NCBI GenBank assembly: GCA_044892525.1
Contig: CM097885.1
Span: 70,742,001 to 70,806,000 of the forward strand
Direction of reading: 5' to 3'
Source of the DNA: Schmidtea polychroa
Lineage: Eukaryota
DNA: 64,000 bases
Shown here: one piece after another, positions 48,367 to 62,480 of the stretch
Layout: each line of letters starts with the position of its first letter
Position numbering within the stretch: the stretch's first letter is position 1
Made by a program: the position numbers and the translations under genes
The notes under the pieces: model-generated
The model's database searches: none
The model's input: the letters and a program-made list of their open reading frames with translations, nothing else
What the model was told of the DNA's origin: nothing

Positions 48367-49774
48367 CCTTAAACTTTCTTGGTAAAGGAACCTGTAAATA
48401 GACGGGAATACTTAGTGGTTTTATGATCAGGAAATAAAATGCTGTATGGAAGAGTAAGAAAGATTGTTTTCCCAAATAAATAGATATGATGTGTGAATAT
48501 TCGTGTATGATGAAAATGAATGTTGAATGTTGTACATGATGAATAAAAAGTTTTAAATTATGTAAATATAGAAAATCGATGAAACCAGGTATGAGAATAA
48601 TGTAAAAGCGTTCCGTGATGATGGGGTAGAATGTTGATGGGTAAGAAATGAAATAAAAATAAAAAATAAATAAATAAATAAAAGTTGTAAAAATAAATAA
48701 CAAATAAATTGTAAATAAAAGGAAATAATGAAAAATTCAAAAATAGGGAAAATGGGGGAGGTAATATAACGGTATATAGAAAAGGGGGATAACGCATAAA
48801 ACAGTGCATTGTGAAATAGAAATAAATAGACGATGCAATTAATTATAAAACCGGGGGAAGATGTAAAACTACGTTAAAGATTAAAGGGGTATATTGAGTA
48901 TTTGATAAAATGACTAAAATTATGGACAAGCTGGGATCAAAAGGGTTACGTGGACTAAGATAATAAACTAGAGGGAACGGATAAGAATGCACGGAACATC
49001 ATTTAATAGACTGGGAGCCTAAACTAACAGGGTAAAACAGCTATTGAACTTACTTAATTTGAATAAGGAAATAAATGGGTAGAGGTAAGCTAATTAAAGG
49101 GGAATAATAACACTTAATAAAATGCTGAATTAATAAAGTATAACTTGATGGAATTAACCGGCTACATTATAAAGAAACTTGAAAATTCTTAAATTTAACT
49201 AACAACTCACTACAAAGATTGAATTGAAACGCAGAGCAGTTGGCAAACATCCGAGAAGGACTGATCTTAAAACCAAGACCAGTAGATGATGAATTGTGTA
49301 TAATGACGAGAACTGCTACACCAAATGTGGAATTAACTACTCAAAGAGTATATCAGGTTCAGAATTTACGTTTGGATAAGGCCAAATTTAACACCAAATG
49401 GCAAGAATTAAAGATAAAAATTGAAACGGTTGAAGATGCAATAAGGGAGGCGATCGAGAATGAAGTCAAATGTTGAGTGTGCAGAAGCAACGAGGTAAAA
49501 ATAATGATTGTTCCTTGCGGACATCTATGTTATTTCCAAGATTGTGCATTGAAACTGAAACGATTGTAATGTATGTGACGCAAACGTGAGAGAAAGAGTA
49601 GTAGTGTACCTCCCTGAGGGAGATGTAGAAAAATTAAAGATGATGAAATGAATTGCAGCCGAGTGTGAGTTAGTAAAATGTTAGTAAAACTAATTCCATA
49701 ATAGCAACCGAAAGGTATAAAACATATGTTGAACATAGACATATGAAATACACAAGGGACCGAAGACCGCGAAT

Positions 49775-50410
49775 ACGGCGTAATGGTGTAAAAGCCCAGG
49801 CGTCTAGGAATCGTAAAAGACTTCAAAGATTAAAATATTATGAAACCGGCCGGAAGCCGATGCCGACGCGGAGGTCTAATAAACCGAAGCGTTGATGGTT
49901 AATAGTGAATTATATGGCGTAATGGTGTAAAAACCCAAGCGTCTAGGAGTCGTAAAAGACTTCGGAGATTAAAAGTATAATAAAACCGGCCGGAAGCCGA
50001 TGCCGACGCGGAGGTCTAATAAACCGAAGCGTTGATGGTTAATAGTGAATTATATGGCGTAATGGTGTAAAACCCCAAGCGTCTAGAAGTCGTAAAAGAC
50101 TTCGGAGATTAAAAGTATAATAAAACCGGCCGGAAGCCGATGCCGACGCGGAGGTCTAATAAACCGAAGCGTTGATGGTTGATAGTGAATTATATGGCGT
50201 AATGGTGTTAAAGCCCAGGCATCTAGGAGTCGTAAAAGACTTCATGGGATTAAAATGAGTTGATTAAACCGGCCAGAGAGCCGATGGTAATTGAATGAAA
50301 ATAAATGATTTAAATGAAATAAGAGAAGTGATTAAACCGGCCAGGGAGCCGATAGTAAATAAATGTAGACGTAGAGGTCGCGCGAACCGAAGCGTCGATG
50401 ATTAACTCTG
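49775..50410 (+). repeat. ~140-bp GC-rich tandem repeat (about 4 copies plus a degenerate tail) in the 5' leader of element 2
   Basis: ggcgtaatggtgt recurs at 49777, 49916, 50056 and 50196; units contain the CCGGCCGG palindrome. Confidence 0.9.
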
Positions 50411-51137
50411 AACGAAATAAAAGAGATAAACTATTAAGATGAAATTGATTAAATTGACGTAGATTAAGTGCGACAAAGAGGTAATGATTAAAGGAAAATT
50501 ATGATAGAGCGCCGGCGCAAGAGAAACTGAAACCAAATTTTTGAATGGGGAAAAGCGAAGAGGAGATATTAATTAAGTTACTGATGAGTTTTATATGTAT
50601 ATGACTAATGATATATATTTTTTAATTATATAATTGATGTTGTGATTATATGATAGATAATTGATACGACGATATAGATAATTCATACGAGTTATAGATA
50701 ATTAAAAATGGACTTAAATTCAAAAGGGGGTGAGTAGCAAAAAGTAAAAGCGTACCATGAATTAGAAAAGGAACAGCGAGAGAAATAATGAGTAAAGAGT
50801 AGTATAAAATAAAGAAAATAGGGAAATAAATGAAGGGTAGAATAAAATGAATAAAATATTATGATATGTACTAGGAGTGTTAATTATTTTAGAATAAAGC
50901 AAACCATTCAGAAGGAAGTCAATACAGCCCAAGAATTCAAGCGAAATAAAGAGAAATCAAAAATTCAAAAGAAAACAAATAAGGAATCAAGAGAATCAAA
51001 CGAGGATAGAAGAAAGGTAAACAAAGTCAATTTAAATAACAAGAGGAAAATTAAAGCGTTGGCCAACGAAACACAGTGAAATTCAAAAGAGATTATTAAA
51101 GCGGGACAAAATTGATAATATAGCCATTCGAACGAGA

Positions 51138-52301
51138 TTGTATAGCAAAGGAGGCTCTAGTTTATTAGGAAACGCAGAGAGACAAAGAGCCAAGAGAAAC
51201 AGAAGAATCAATAAGAAACCAGCGTCAGTGAAAACATTATTTGAATCAGACAGCTTAACCAACGAAAGTGAAAACAGCGACGATATTAAAAGAAACGAAT
51301 TATATCCGGTAACTGATATCAAACCAACAGACAAGAAAGAGAGTAGCTCAGGCATAACAAGTTTGTGTCGAGATATAATGTTAGACGGAAACCAAGTGAA
51401 TAACCCGAATGGGTCAGAGTCGACATACACACCAGAGATAAACCATGTCAACGTCAATGTTGGAGAATTTAGAATAAGATTTCGAGGAGAACCATTCGAT
51501 GGGAATATTAATGAACTAGAAACGTTTATAAAAGCATTCGAGGTATATATTACGATATGTCACTGGCCAGACATAGTCGTACGAGAGCGAATACCATTAT
51601 ATTTAAGAAGAAATGCACAAGATGTATATTTAGAGGCAAAGTGTGATGCAACAAAACTAAAAACATGGAAATCAATAAAGCATTTTTTAATAAAAACATT
51701 CGGTAGCAAAAGGGAAGGAAATCGCAAAATGTTGGATTTTCTGCATCGAAAGCAGAAATACAATGAGTCAAACGCACTATATGCATGTGAATTGAGACGA
51801 CTGGCAAAAGAGGCATTCGATTCAAATCAAACAGTTCCGGAAGACAAGATAATAGCCGTATTCGTAGAGGGTATGAAAAGAAAGGACATACGAGCAACAG
51901 TGGGGTGCCGAGCACCAGATACGCTCGAGGAAACATTAAAAATCGCTAATAAATGCGAAAACTACTTGACTCCAGTACAAGTAGCAGCAATGGCAGCAGT
52001 ACCAATAGCTACAACACCAACATGGACTACCGAAATTAATCCAACCAACAATGCAAATCTAGCAATGAATCAATTTATCTCAGAATCGCAACAGTTGTTC
52101 AAGGCGCCAAAAACGACAAATCCGGATAACAGAGGTAATATTCAATTTTACACTAATAATTTCAGGAACAACGAGAACAATAATCGGAAGTGTAACATAT
52201 GTCAACGACTAGGACATTGGAGCAACGAGTGTTATAAGACAACGATGTGCCAAAATTACGGTAAAAGGGGTCACACAGAAATATATGCCGAGGACCAATG
52301 A
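51138..52301 (+). pseudogene. gag: Gag of element 2 (capsid-like domain + CCHC knuckles); single-A deletion near 52280 separates it from ORF 52298
   Basis: FDGNINELETFIKAFE...W...IPLYLRRNAQDVY...RKQKYNESNALYACELRRLAKEAF; CNICQRLGHWSNEC. Restoring one A gives CQNYGKRGHTENIC in frame with CYSCKELGHVAREC. Confidence 0.88.
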
Positions 52302-55300
52302 TGTCGATGAGAGGAGGAAGGACTAGAACCTGCTACAGTTGCAAGGAACTTGGACATGTGGCGAGAGAATGCGCGATGAGGACAAAACATAATCAACCAA
52401 GAGCAAACGATCCAAGTCAAATTATACAAATCAACATCATGCAGAAAATTGAACAGTTGAAAAAGATGATCCAACGGATACCAGAGGATATCCGGAAACG
52501 ACCAACAAGAGAACAACAAGACCAGCAACGAATCGAAGGGCAGAGACCACTAAACGAAGAAGCCAGAGAAATTCAAAGAAGATGGAAAAAGCGAGAAACC
52601 AACCCCGGAAGAATAAATATGGTGAGATTAACGATCAAAGAGGAACCGCACACTGTGGAGCAGTGTATTAACAACAAAGGGAGTGACATGGCAATAATCA
52701 ATGAGACGAAAGTGATAAAAGAAGATGAGACAGATCAATTGACGGAGCAATTTACAGAACTGAGTAACGAGGATAAAATAAAAATAATACAAGAGTTCAC
52801 CAAAGAGGAAAAAGAAAATAGACGAAAAAGAGATGAAACAGGGGACGAACCAAAAAGCAACGAGATCGTTACAAAGAATCGAATTCAAAGGGTATTACTA
52901 CAAAAAATTGAAGATAGAATTAGAAGAGAAGAACCAAAATTAACGGATAAGCAAGTAAAAGAAAAAGTAAAAGACAACTGGTTCAGGAAAAATGAGTGGT
53001 CCGTAAAGAAAGAACCAAGTAACAGAGCCAATATAAACATGCTGAGACAAATACCGAATGATCAGACGGACCAGGAAGACGAAAAAAGTGCGGTGAGTAG
53101 CCTGAGAAGTGAATTATGTCAATCGAGTGATGAAAATAATGAACAAGGAAAACCTCAAAATAACGAAGAGGGTGAGAGCGACGATATGGAATTACTGATA
53201 GAAAATGGCGATGAGGAAATATCTGAAGAAATTTCCATCGGGGTATCGGAAAGAGAACGAAATGAGAGCTATATTAACGAACCAACATACAGAAAATGTA
53301 TAAAACTGATAACTCAAGCATACCAGTGGGAAGGAGGTATATTAACGGTAACATGGAAAGATTTGGCGACGAAATATAAAGAAAAATTGAAAGAAGTTGA
53401 TCCAGATCAATACCAAGTAAGTATTCAACACCTTGAAACTCAGATGCAGATTATTGAATTAAAAGTAACAAATATCGATGAACTGTATAATTGGGTACAG
53501 GAAAAGATGGGAACAAGTCATAAGAATAAACACCTATACGATAATGGTTACAAAGTTAAAATGAGCATACATCTAGTAGATATGATGAGATGGCCAAACG
53601 AAGTTAATATCTTAATCTTAAAGAAAAACAGAGACAGCGAATCAGTAACGGAAATACTGAGGAAAATCCAACAGATATTCAACAATGAAGTGGAACCAGA
53701 AATAGAAAAGACTGAACAAAAGATAATGAAGGAAAATCAAATAATCGTAGTAAAACAAGCAATCGATCAAGCGAAGAAATATATTAACAGATTGAGGGAA
53801 AGATGGCCGCAGCTAATGAAACAGTTTGTCAAAGACGTACGGGATACTGAGATTATGGGATTTGAATATAAACGAGCAACGGAGTTGATATCAAAATATG
53901 GTAAATACGAGAGAATCAGATGTGAACAAGAATTACCATGGCTATCCAACAGAAAAGTGACAATAGTAAAAGAATCACTGAAGAATAGTCATTTAAATAA
54001 ACACGAAGAAATGATCAAAATATCACATGTCGAAGATGACATTTTTGGAAAAGGCCGGAGTGGAAAAAATGACAAAGACCATAACGACAAAAATGAGGAA
54101 GACGACGGGAACCTTGAAAGGAACAACGGAAATGGAAACTCAGGCGAACGAGATAATGAAGAAGACGAGGAGTCAGAAGATGACGTCGAAGACTTGAAGG
54201 ATACTAAGGACAACTCAGATCAAAGCGAAGACAACCAACGTAATGAAACAGAGAACGACATACAAAAGTTCCCACTACATAACATAGTAATGCGGAAGAA
54301 TCTAAACCAGCCACTCCTGCTACAAAGTATCCTAATAATACTAACGTCACTTTGCCTAACAGAAACGAAAAATACGCGAATTACGAGAGAAAATCTGAAA
54401 GAAGTCGAACTATTCATGATAAAAGTCAGCGACAACGACGGAAACGCGGTCGGGATATGTATCCAATTGATGGAAGGAACCGGAATAAGTTGTGATTTTA
54501 GAACGATAACAAAAGGGAGGATTTTCAATAGTCAAAAAGGAGACCTTGAATTATGTGGAGACTACAACATTTGCGAAGACATAACAGCAGAAGAAAAAGA
54601 ATTGGAAAGAGCTAACGAAACCGGAGTACATGTCGCAATTAAAGCTACAATGGAGGGTATCGAAATAATAGATAAAGGAAATTTGCCAACAACGCAAATA
54701 TGTTTTAGAGATGACGAAGACATATGTATAACGGTGGACATGGAACGAGATCGCGAATTTTTTTGGACAAACGTAAAACCAAACACCAACATTGTGGTAT
54801 GCGCAGGTACCCAGGAAATAGTGGTATGTAAAGCAGTTAAAACCGCGCAAATAAAAAGCCGGCCAAAAAGTATGGCTAGTAAACGATATCAACCAAGGAT
54901 CAAACCAGCAATTAAGAAACCCCAGAAACAATCCAGTACGAGAATGATAAGAGGACAGCACCAAATCAAGACAAACGCAACAGTAATATGGATCAAAGAT
55001 GAGAGACGAGAAGTACTAGTAAATGTCGAATTCAACAAGAAAAGAGAAGAAGTAATCATGGTCAGAAACCAAGGTGAAGAACCAATAATAAGAGTATGTG
55101 TACTAAACAGGACAGGAATAGTCGACTGCATAGAAACACTACTTGACAAAGGTGCAGAAGTTAAAATGACAATAGGAGAAAGAAAGGGACGATACCTCAT
55201 ATGTGTTCTTAAAAACGGAAGCGATTTAAGTTCATGCCAAGCAATAACCAGACAACGACCACGGATGATAAACATACCATTGGCAACCAGAAAACCAAAA

Positions 55301-55788
55301 GAAGTGGAAAAGCCAAAAAGAAACGAACATCTAACGGCAGAAGAAACGAAACAGTTATACCAGATGCTCAAGAAAAATAAAACACAGGGGGCAACTACAA
55401 CAGAAACTAAAATGATGATAACGACAGGAAAATTCAACAACAAGACACTGATAACCGTTAAAATGGTGTGGATTGCTAGCGCAATAATGAGTGCAGTGAT
55501 AACATCACTAATAATCCAATGGATAAGAACCTCCAAAATATGTAAACAAAAACCTAAAGATGGCCACAAGTGGAGAATGTCGAATATGGTATGCCCACAG
55601 AAAACCCGAATCCAGAAGAGTACGAAGCGATTAAAGATCCAAGGTCAAGCAGACTATGGATGCAAGAATTACTCAGAATACAAACCTTAGACGATTGGGT
55701 AAACGAATTTGACATATACCGGTCAACGGATGAAAGATATGGGGGAATGCGCACATTGCATTCAGGTCCCCTGGCAACAATGGTATAA
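52298..55788 (+). CDS. Gag C-terminal extension: knuckle, charged/coiled-coil region, internal signal-like peptide, three 4-Cys FN3-like repeats, TM, cytoplasmic tail (true tail probably in frame 55570-55788)
   Basis: LLLQSILIILTSLCLT (54314-54361); Cys repeats at 54458-54574, 54701-54829 and 55097-55237; TM MVWIASAIMSAVITSLIIQWI (55463-55525). Confidence 0.7.
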
Positions 55789-56512
55789 GAAAGTGATGAG
55801 TCGATGTAAATAGTGTGTATATAAACGTGAGGGTAAAAGTAGTTTTGTAGATTTGTAATATGTTCAAAAAAAATGGGTATGATAACTACGTATTATAAAT
55901 AAGAAATGAATCAGAGAAGCGAGGATCAAGTATATCAAACGAGGATACCATATGTTGTTGAATTGGGAAATTAACCACTAGTAAATATTAATCAGACATA
56001 AATAGTAGAAATTGATACAATTACAACGATTACAAAGTTAGTCAGCAGGATCAATGTGAAGAACACAATGTGAATTAATGACAAATGACAAACCATACCC
56101 AAGAATATCGGTTACGTAATTAGAATGTGTTAATGGACAGCATCAATAGAAACTCGATATATATAACAAGAATAAAAGAGCAACAACAAATAGTCACACA
56201 ATTAGAATACAATAACAAACAGTTGATAAGCCAAATAAAATGGTAGGCAGGAGAAATCAGGAGATTACACGAAAACCGTCAGCATGATGATATCACGAGT
56301 TAAGTTGAGTGGATAACCGGCCTACCAGGAACTGGGGAACCGGACGCAACGGGAGAGACATAAAAGAAGGGGAAAGTAGCCCTGTAAACAAACAAAATTA
56401 TAGCCAAAGTAGAAGCTCCGAGATTAAACGCTATCGTGGCAGAATGCCGAGAGAAAGTGGAAAAAAGTGGAGGAACAAAACTATTAACTATGAGCTGATA
56501 AGAAAATATTAG

Positions 56513-57214
56513 GTCAAATCAGATGAATTCGAGGAGAGACTATTGTGTGCGGACAAAGATTATTAATAAGAGCACGTCAGACCCTATGAGGATGTAGATT
56601 ATGACATGGAGGTACTACACGACTCGTAACAAGAAAAGCAGAAGTTAAAGAGAAATCCACAGCAAGAATCAGCCACATCCCAGATGACAATAATAATAAA
56701 ACTCTTAGAAGAAATAAACCAGCGAATAATGATGTCTGTCAACGAATGTCCGAGCAACTATGAAGCAAAGACGCTCGAAGAAATAAAGGAAAGGGTAAAT
56801 AACGCAGTCAAAGAAAAGCCAATTACTCAAGATGAAATAATAAAAACATTGAGAGAGATATAGATGGAAATAATAACAACTATTGACAAAATCCCGATGA
56901 ACCATGAGACAATGACCAAAACTTTAGAAGGAATAAAGAGGAGAATATCAACTACCTTTAACGAAGACTTCGCATACTAAAATGTCCTAATAAAGATGCT
57001 CACGGAAATCTGGAAAGGAGTAATAACGACAGTCAACAAAACCCTACACACTAAATCAAATAACCTCGAAGAAGAATTCAAATCGACGGATACAATCCAA
57101 CTAATGAAAACAGTGAGCATGTTGCGAGAGATAAAAAAGGAAGTGACAATCAAAACAAGGTCAGCAGAGAAAAAAAAATTTTTTTTGAATGAAAAGAAAA
57201 CCCCGAATCCATAA
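56513..57214 (+). pseudogene. Decayed helical/amphipathic coding region of element 2
   Basis: One frame reads as ~230 codons of repetitive amphipathic helix with about five in-frame stops, ending in ORF 56996-57214. Confidence 0.45.
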
Positions 57215-57479
57215 CAGTACTGATCCTGTTGACAGCGAATCTCATGATAAATAACAATACTGAGCTTGATAGCCCTTAAACCCACTCAAATCCATGGAAG
57301 CACAAAAACCTCAAGTTGAAAGAACAATTCCGAAGCATTCGCTTTCTAATAGAAGAACCAATACCCAGAGACTACATCTATCAAATCTATCAAATCTATC
57401 TTCTACAACCTTCAAATTTAGAGCCGTCATCGAGATGAGATCCCGAACAACCGAGTGTTTAAATCCTGATATAAACCGA

Positions 57480-57690
57480 CAATGATCCTGATATAATATG
57501 ACAACAATCTTGAGTTGATTGACAATGTTCTTATTATGTGTTGACAATGATCCTGAATCGATTGACAATGATCTGAAAATGATTTATGTGTTGACAATGA
57601 TCCTGATTCGATTGACAATGATCTGAAAATGATCTAGATGTGATTTAACAATGATCCTGACATGATTCGACAATGATATGATTTGATTAT
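57480..57690 (+). repeat. Tandem ttgacaatgatc-based repeat in the 3' UTR of element 2
   Basis: Repeated gacaatgatcctga / gacaatgatctgaaaatgat units. Confidence 0.85.
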
Positions 57691-57989
57691 TATTGTGAAT
57701 TGATGCAAATATTATATATTACTTTGATATTATTTGAGCATAACAATTTGATAAAATTTTGTGTGGACCGACCGTGGTCTTCTTTCTCTTCTTCTTTAAA
57801 CCTTTTTGTAGCATGTAGCGTATCAGTAGAAACGTTTTATGTATGTGGGTATTGAGGTCACGACCCTGTAGCTCGTGGACCCAATTACATGTAGGCACTT
57901 GTAATACAGTGCAACCAATTCTGTCTAATTATATCTTGAACTTTTTATTAAATTGCGGGTCGCAATTTTATGGGCCCCCGAGTGTTTTA

Positions 57990-60900
57990 TGTTGGGCTAG
58001 AACTGATTTCTGAACCCAAAGTTAGGAATGGGACGAAATGTGTCAGTACACAACACGCATACCCAGCATTAAGTTTACTTAAATAAAAATATATAAAACA
58101 CCAAGTAAACAATGATAATAGAGAGATAATATACCCAAAAATAAAACATCTGAATTAAAAATAAAATAAAACACGAGCAAGAAGTATTACACGAAAACTT
58201 ACTCAAATATAACCGAAAGACATAAAACAACAAAAAAACAAATTCAAATAAAGGCGATTAGTAAAAATTAAAAAAAAAATTAAAGAAAATCTTCATAAAA
58301 TCTTACGTAAAGAAAATTATATCGATATTTTGAATAAAAATCCAGAACAATTCATAAAAATGGCGAAATCCATCATGACCGCCAAACAACCCAATAAAAT
58401 TTATAAAAATAAATATCTTAGTTTAAAAAAGAAAAAGTTTAGAAAAGAAATCATAAAAAACAATTTAAAAATAAGAAATAGATTAAATTTAGCATGGAAT
58501 GTTCTGGAAATGCTGAAATCCATCATGGAGGCAAATTTAATAAAAAATAATTCAAAAACAAAATTCCAAAAATAAAAACAAAAATTCTTACTGAAAAATC
58601 GCCATCAAAATCGATAAAAATTAAAAATCGAATGTTCGAGAATTAAAATAATCTGAATTTGTTTTACTGCATCAATGCACGCATGTATACTTACACATCA
58701 AACAGAGGCTATATAAACTAACACATTTCGTCACTTTTTAAGGAAAAAAATGCAAATGAATATTTTTACTCTTATGCCAAATTTTTGGTTTTGATTTTTC
58801 TGAGATTGTAGGTAAGGACGATTTCATTGTGAATTATAAATTATTATTATTGAAACCTTGTTTTCATTATTTTTTTTAACTATAGAAATGTAGGTTTGAG
58901 TGAGATCGTCGGTTATCATTGATTTTGAAGCGAGATCCCAGCCAACCCTGCACCTATGCACTTTATCATCGATGAGTAAACAGCCCACAATGATTGCAGG
59001 CCACTGCCTGGCACGCACTTATCAATATAATTAGTTTTTTTTGTTCAGGTCATTCGGAGGTCGCACCACTTCATGGTTCTGCCATGGAGTTAAGTCGATG
59101 AAATCCTCCGTCTGACTCTACCTATTTATTATAGGTCAGCCGTAAAGGGTTGACTTACCACACAACAGTAAGGTTTGTCGTAGTGGTCACAGTGGGGCCG
59201 CGAAAGCAAACACTCTTCCCGACTTTCAATGCACGAATAATTTACATAGTTAAAATCTACATCCAAAATCATCACAATACAATACACTAAGGTTAATAAA
59301 CAGAGTAGATCTCAGACCTAAATTAATCACAACTCTACAATTCACAATTAATGTAGACGGTTAAATATCATCAAGAACCAACTCTACATATACTTTTGTC
59401 GAATCTAGATTTATAAATGTCTTAAATAAATTTTCTAGTAATAGTGTAAAGTAAAGATTGTTTAAAAATGATTGATTTAGTAGTGATAGTATTCATAAAG
59501 GTGTTCGACATGAGTATCAGCAAGACTTGGATTTTAAATTGAATAGACTCCAAACTAACTATAAAAATACAAATCGTAAACCCATAAAAGTATAAATTAT
59601 AAAATTATATTAGCTTTAAAATATAAACTATAAATTTAACTTAACTTCATAAAATATAAATTATAAACTTAAAAGTATAAATTATAAAATTATATTAGCT
59701 TTAGAAATATAAACTATAAATTTAACTTCATAAAAATATAAATTATAAACTTATATTAGCTGAAAGACTATAAATTATAATCTTAATTTGGTCATAAAAG
59801 TATAAAATATAAACTACGTTAGCGATAAAAATATAATCTATACTAAGTTGTAAATATTTTATAAATACCCCCCCCCGAGTTACGTAATCGTCGAAACAAA
59901 TGTTCAAATTCATAATCTAACTTATATATGTATATTTGAAACTTATAAAAGTATAACTTACCTTTTTCATAAGTACCCCCCTCAAACTATACATTATTCG
60001 AGAACAATATATATAGCAATAAATTAACTTATATATGTGCAGTTATCAAACTTAATAATTCCTCAGGTCACCTAACCATTAATTGTTGTCTAAATACATT
60101 AATACCTTACCTTTACGATATAAATTTAGAAAATTTCGATAAATGACCCCCCTTAATTCATATAACCATTAACCACTACCTGATACACTAATTTAGACTA
60201 TTTAATATATATACTTAACTTAGATTACCTTTAAAATTATAGTTGAAAAATTTTCATCAAAGACCCCCATCAACCATATAGTCATCCCCTACCAACTAAA
60301 TATACTAAATTAGCTTATTTTAATACATATTTAACTTATATTATATTTTAAAATGTAAATTGTAAATTTTTATGAATGACCCCCCTCAAAATCATATAGT
60401 CATCAACTACCACCAAAATATACTAAATTAGCTTATCTTAATATATATTTAACTTATATTATATTTAAAACTATAAATTGTACATTTTCATAAATGACCC
60501 CTCCCCCCATAGGTATCTTAAAAAAAATATAAATTTACATTTATTATTATTNNNNNNNNNNNNNNNNNNNNNNNNNNNNNNNNNNNNNNNNNNNNNNNNN
60601 NNNNNNNNNNNNNNNNNNNNNNNNNNNNNNNNNNNNNNNNNNNNNNNNNNNNNNNNNNNNNNNNNNNNNNNNNNNNNNNNNNNNNNNNNNNNNNNNNNNN
60701 NNNNNNNNNNNNNNNNNNNNNNNNNNACATTATCACTCTTATTATTATTATTATTACTATTATCATTATTATTATTATTATATTATTAAAATAATTATCT
60801 TTATTTCATGGAAATAAAATTATAAAACAAATTATTGATTTTGGGATTCCCCTATCTCTAAATTTAGTTTCAATGACCCTATCTTCCAATAAAATTTTAG

Positions 60901-62453
60901 AAAACCACTAAAATCTATTTTTAGTAACAGCCCCCCCCAGAAAACGACGACACAATTAATAATTTAAATTAAATAAATATATAAATATGTATGTATGTGT
61001 ATGTATATATAGATTTATAAAATAACCTTATAAAAATATAACCACCGTTCCCCCTAAAGACCGCAAGTTGTATAATAATAAGAATTAAGGTTATTGCTAG
61101 TCGTCCTATAATCCTAAAAATTTTTATAATTTTGCATGTGTTATTATTATTACCCTAGTGCTATTATTATTACTACGATTATTATTATCATTATTATTAT
61201 TATTACTATTATTATTATTACTGCTATCAATGTTATTATTATTATTATAAATAGCATAAAAAAGAGAAAAAAAAATAACTAAACAAAATAGGAACTTTTA
61301 TTGTGCAAATTGTTCGTTTTGAGAGCCGATAAAATTCCAATAATTCACCTTTTCCTGAAAAGTTTGCTAGGTAGTTTATACCCGTGTGCTCCGACTAGCG
61401 CTTCTATTTCAGGTTTAAATCGTTTTCAGTTGTAAACTTTCCGTTTAAATATCTAAAAATAAGCATTTTAATAAAATAAATTACCCTCCAATTCGAAAAA
61501 TGGTGATTAAACCACTCATGACGAGTACAACTGAGGGATAAGCAAGTAACACGAGTGGCTAGGCTCGTCACTAATACTTATCACCCCAGTGTACCCGAAT
61601 TTAGTGGTAATATCCGATTCATTGGTTTAATCCTGAAAAATAAAAAAATATATATATATATATATATTAAATTTTAAATTACCACCCAGTGGTAAACAAG
61701 ATTTTAGATTAAAATAGTTAACTTAAACAAAGTTAATTAATAATGTAATTTGAAAAGATCAACGTTTTTTGTATGTTTTTGAAGCAATAGTGAAGACATG
61801 AAATTGAATGTTTTCTCTAAATTTCTAGGGGATAATGCATCATCAGGATCGATATTTCGTTAAAAATTAAATTAATTAACAGCCAAATTAGGCATTTAAA
61901 AACTAATTGACGAAAACGAGGATCGAGAATGCAGTAAATTTAAATAGAGTATGTTGGATGTTTGAACGTGATTAAAACCGAATCGAATACACCCAGATAA
62001 TCCGGCAAGCTCACGGACGGGAATAGATGGGCGTATACAGGTGTATGAAGAGATGGATGGGGAGGTGAATACCTATGTGTGTACACGCGTACAGGGATAT
62101 GTATGAAATGGAGTGTGAGTAACGACAACGGGAAATCGATGAATAAAGAAAACGTGGTTTTGTATTTTAAAGGAAATAAATATAAATGGAACGACACTCA
62201 ATCGGTAGGAATAGATGGGGACCTGAATAAGAAATCGGACATAAGCCTTCTATCGGCAGTCCGTGAACCCCAATGGGTGCTAGACAATTATAGTATGCTA
62301 AGCATGCTCACTTTTTGCTAGTACTCAAACCCTTGATACAGTACCAACGTTGATTGCTCAAAGGGTATTAAGTGGTCAGCTGTCAATTGTATTCTGGGTT
62401 ACGCTGGAAACAGCACGAGTAGGTGGAAACTTTGGATTACCTGTAACCCACCA
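57990..62453 (+). repeat. 3' LTR of element 2 (4,464 bp including a 175-N gap)
   Basis: Direct repeat of 43870-48340, followed by TSD GCCG. Confidence 0.95.
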
Positions 62454-62480
62454 GCCGTTTCCAAAGGCTGGCAAATAAGG

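Larger units (their letters stand above)
43870..62453 (+). mobile_element. Giant non-autonomous (pol-less) LTR retroelement (element 2, 18,584 bp)
   Basis: ~4.47-kb direct LTRs (TGTTGGGC...CCCACCA); TSD GCCG at 43866-43869 and 62454-62457; tRNA-Pro PBS; gag present. I see no DTG/DSG, YxDD, RNase H or DDE motif in the internal ORFs. Confidence 0.95.

Noticed and set aside
58330-58575. 81-aa Lys/Asn-rich ORF inside the element-2 LTR
   Set aside because: Low complexity, frameshifted in the 5' LTR copy, no motif.
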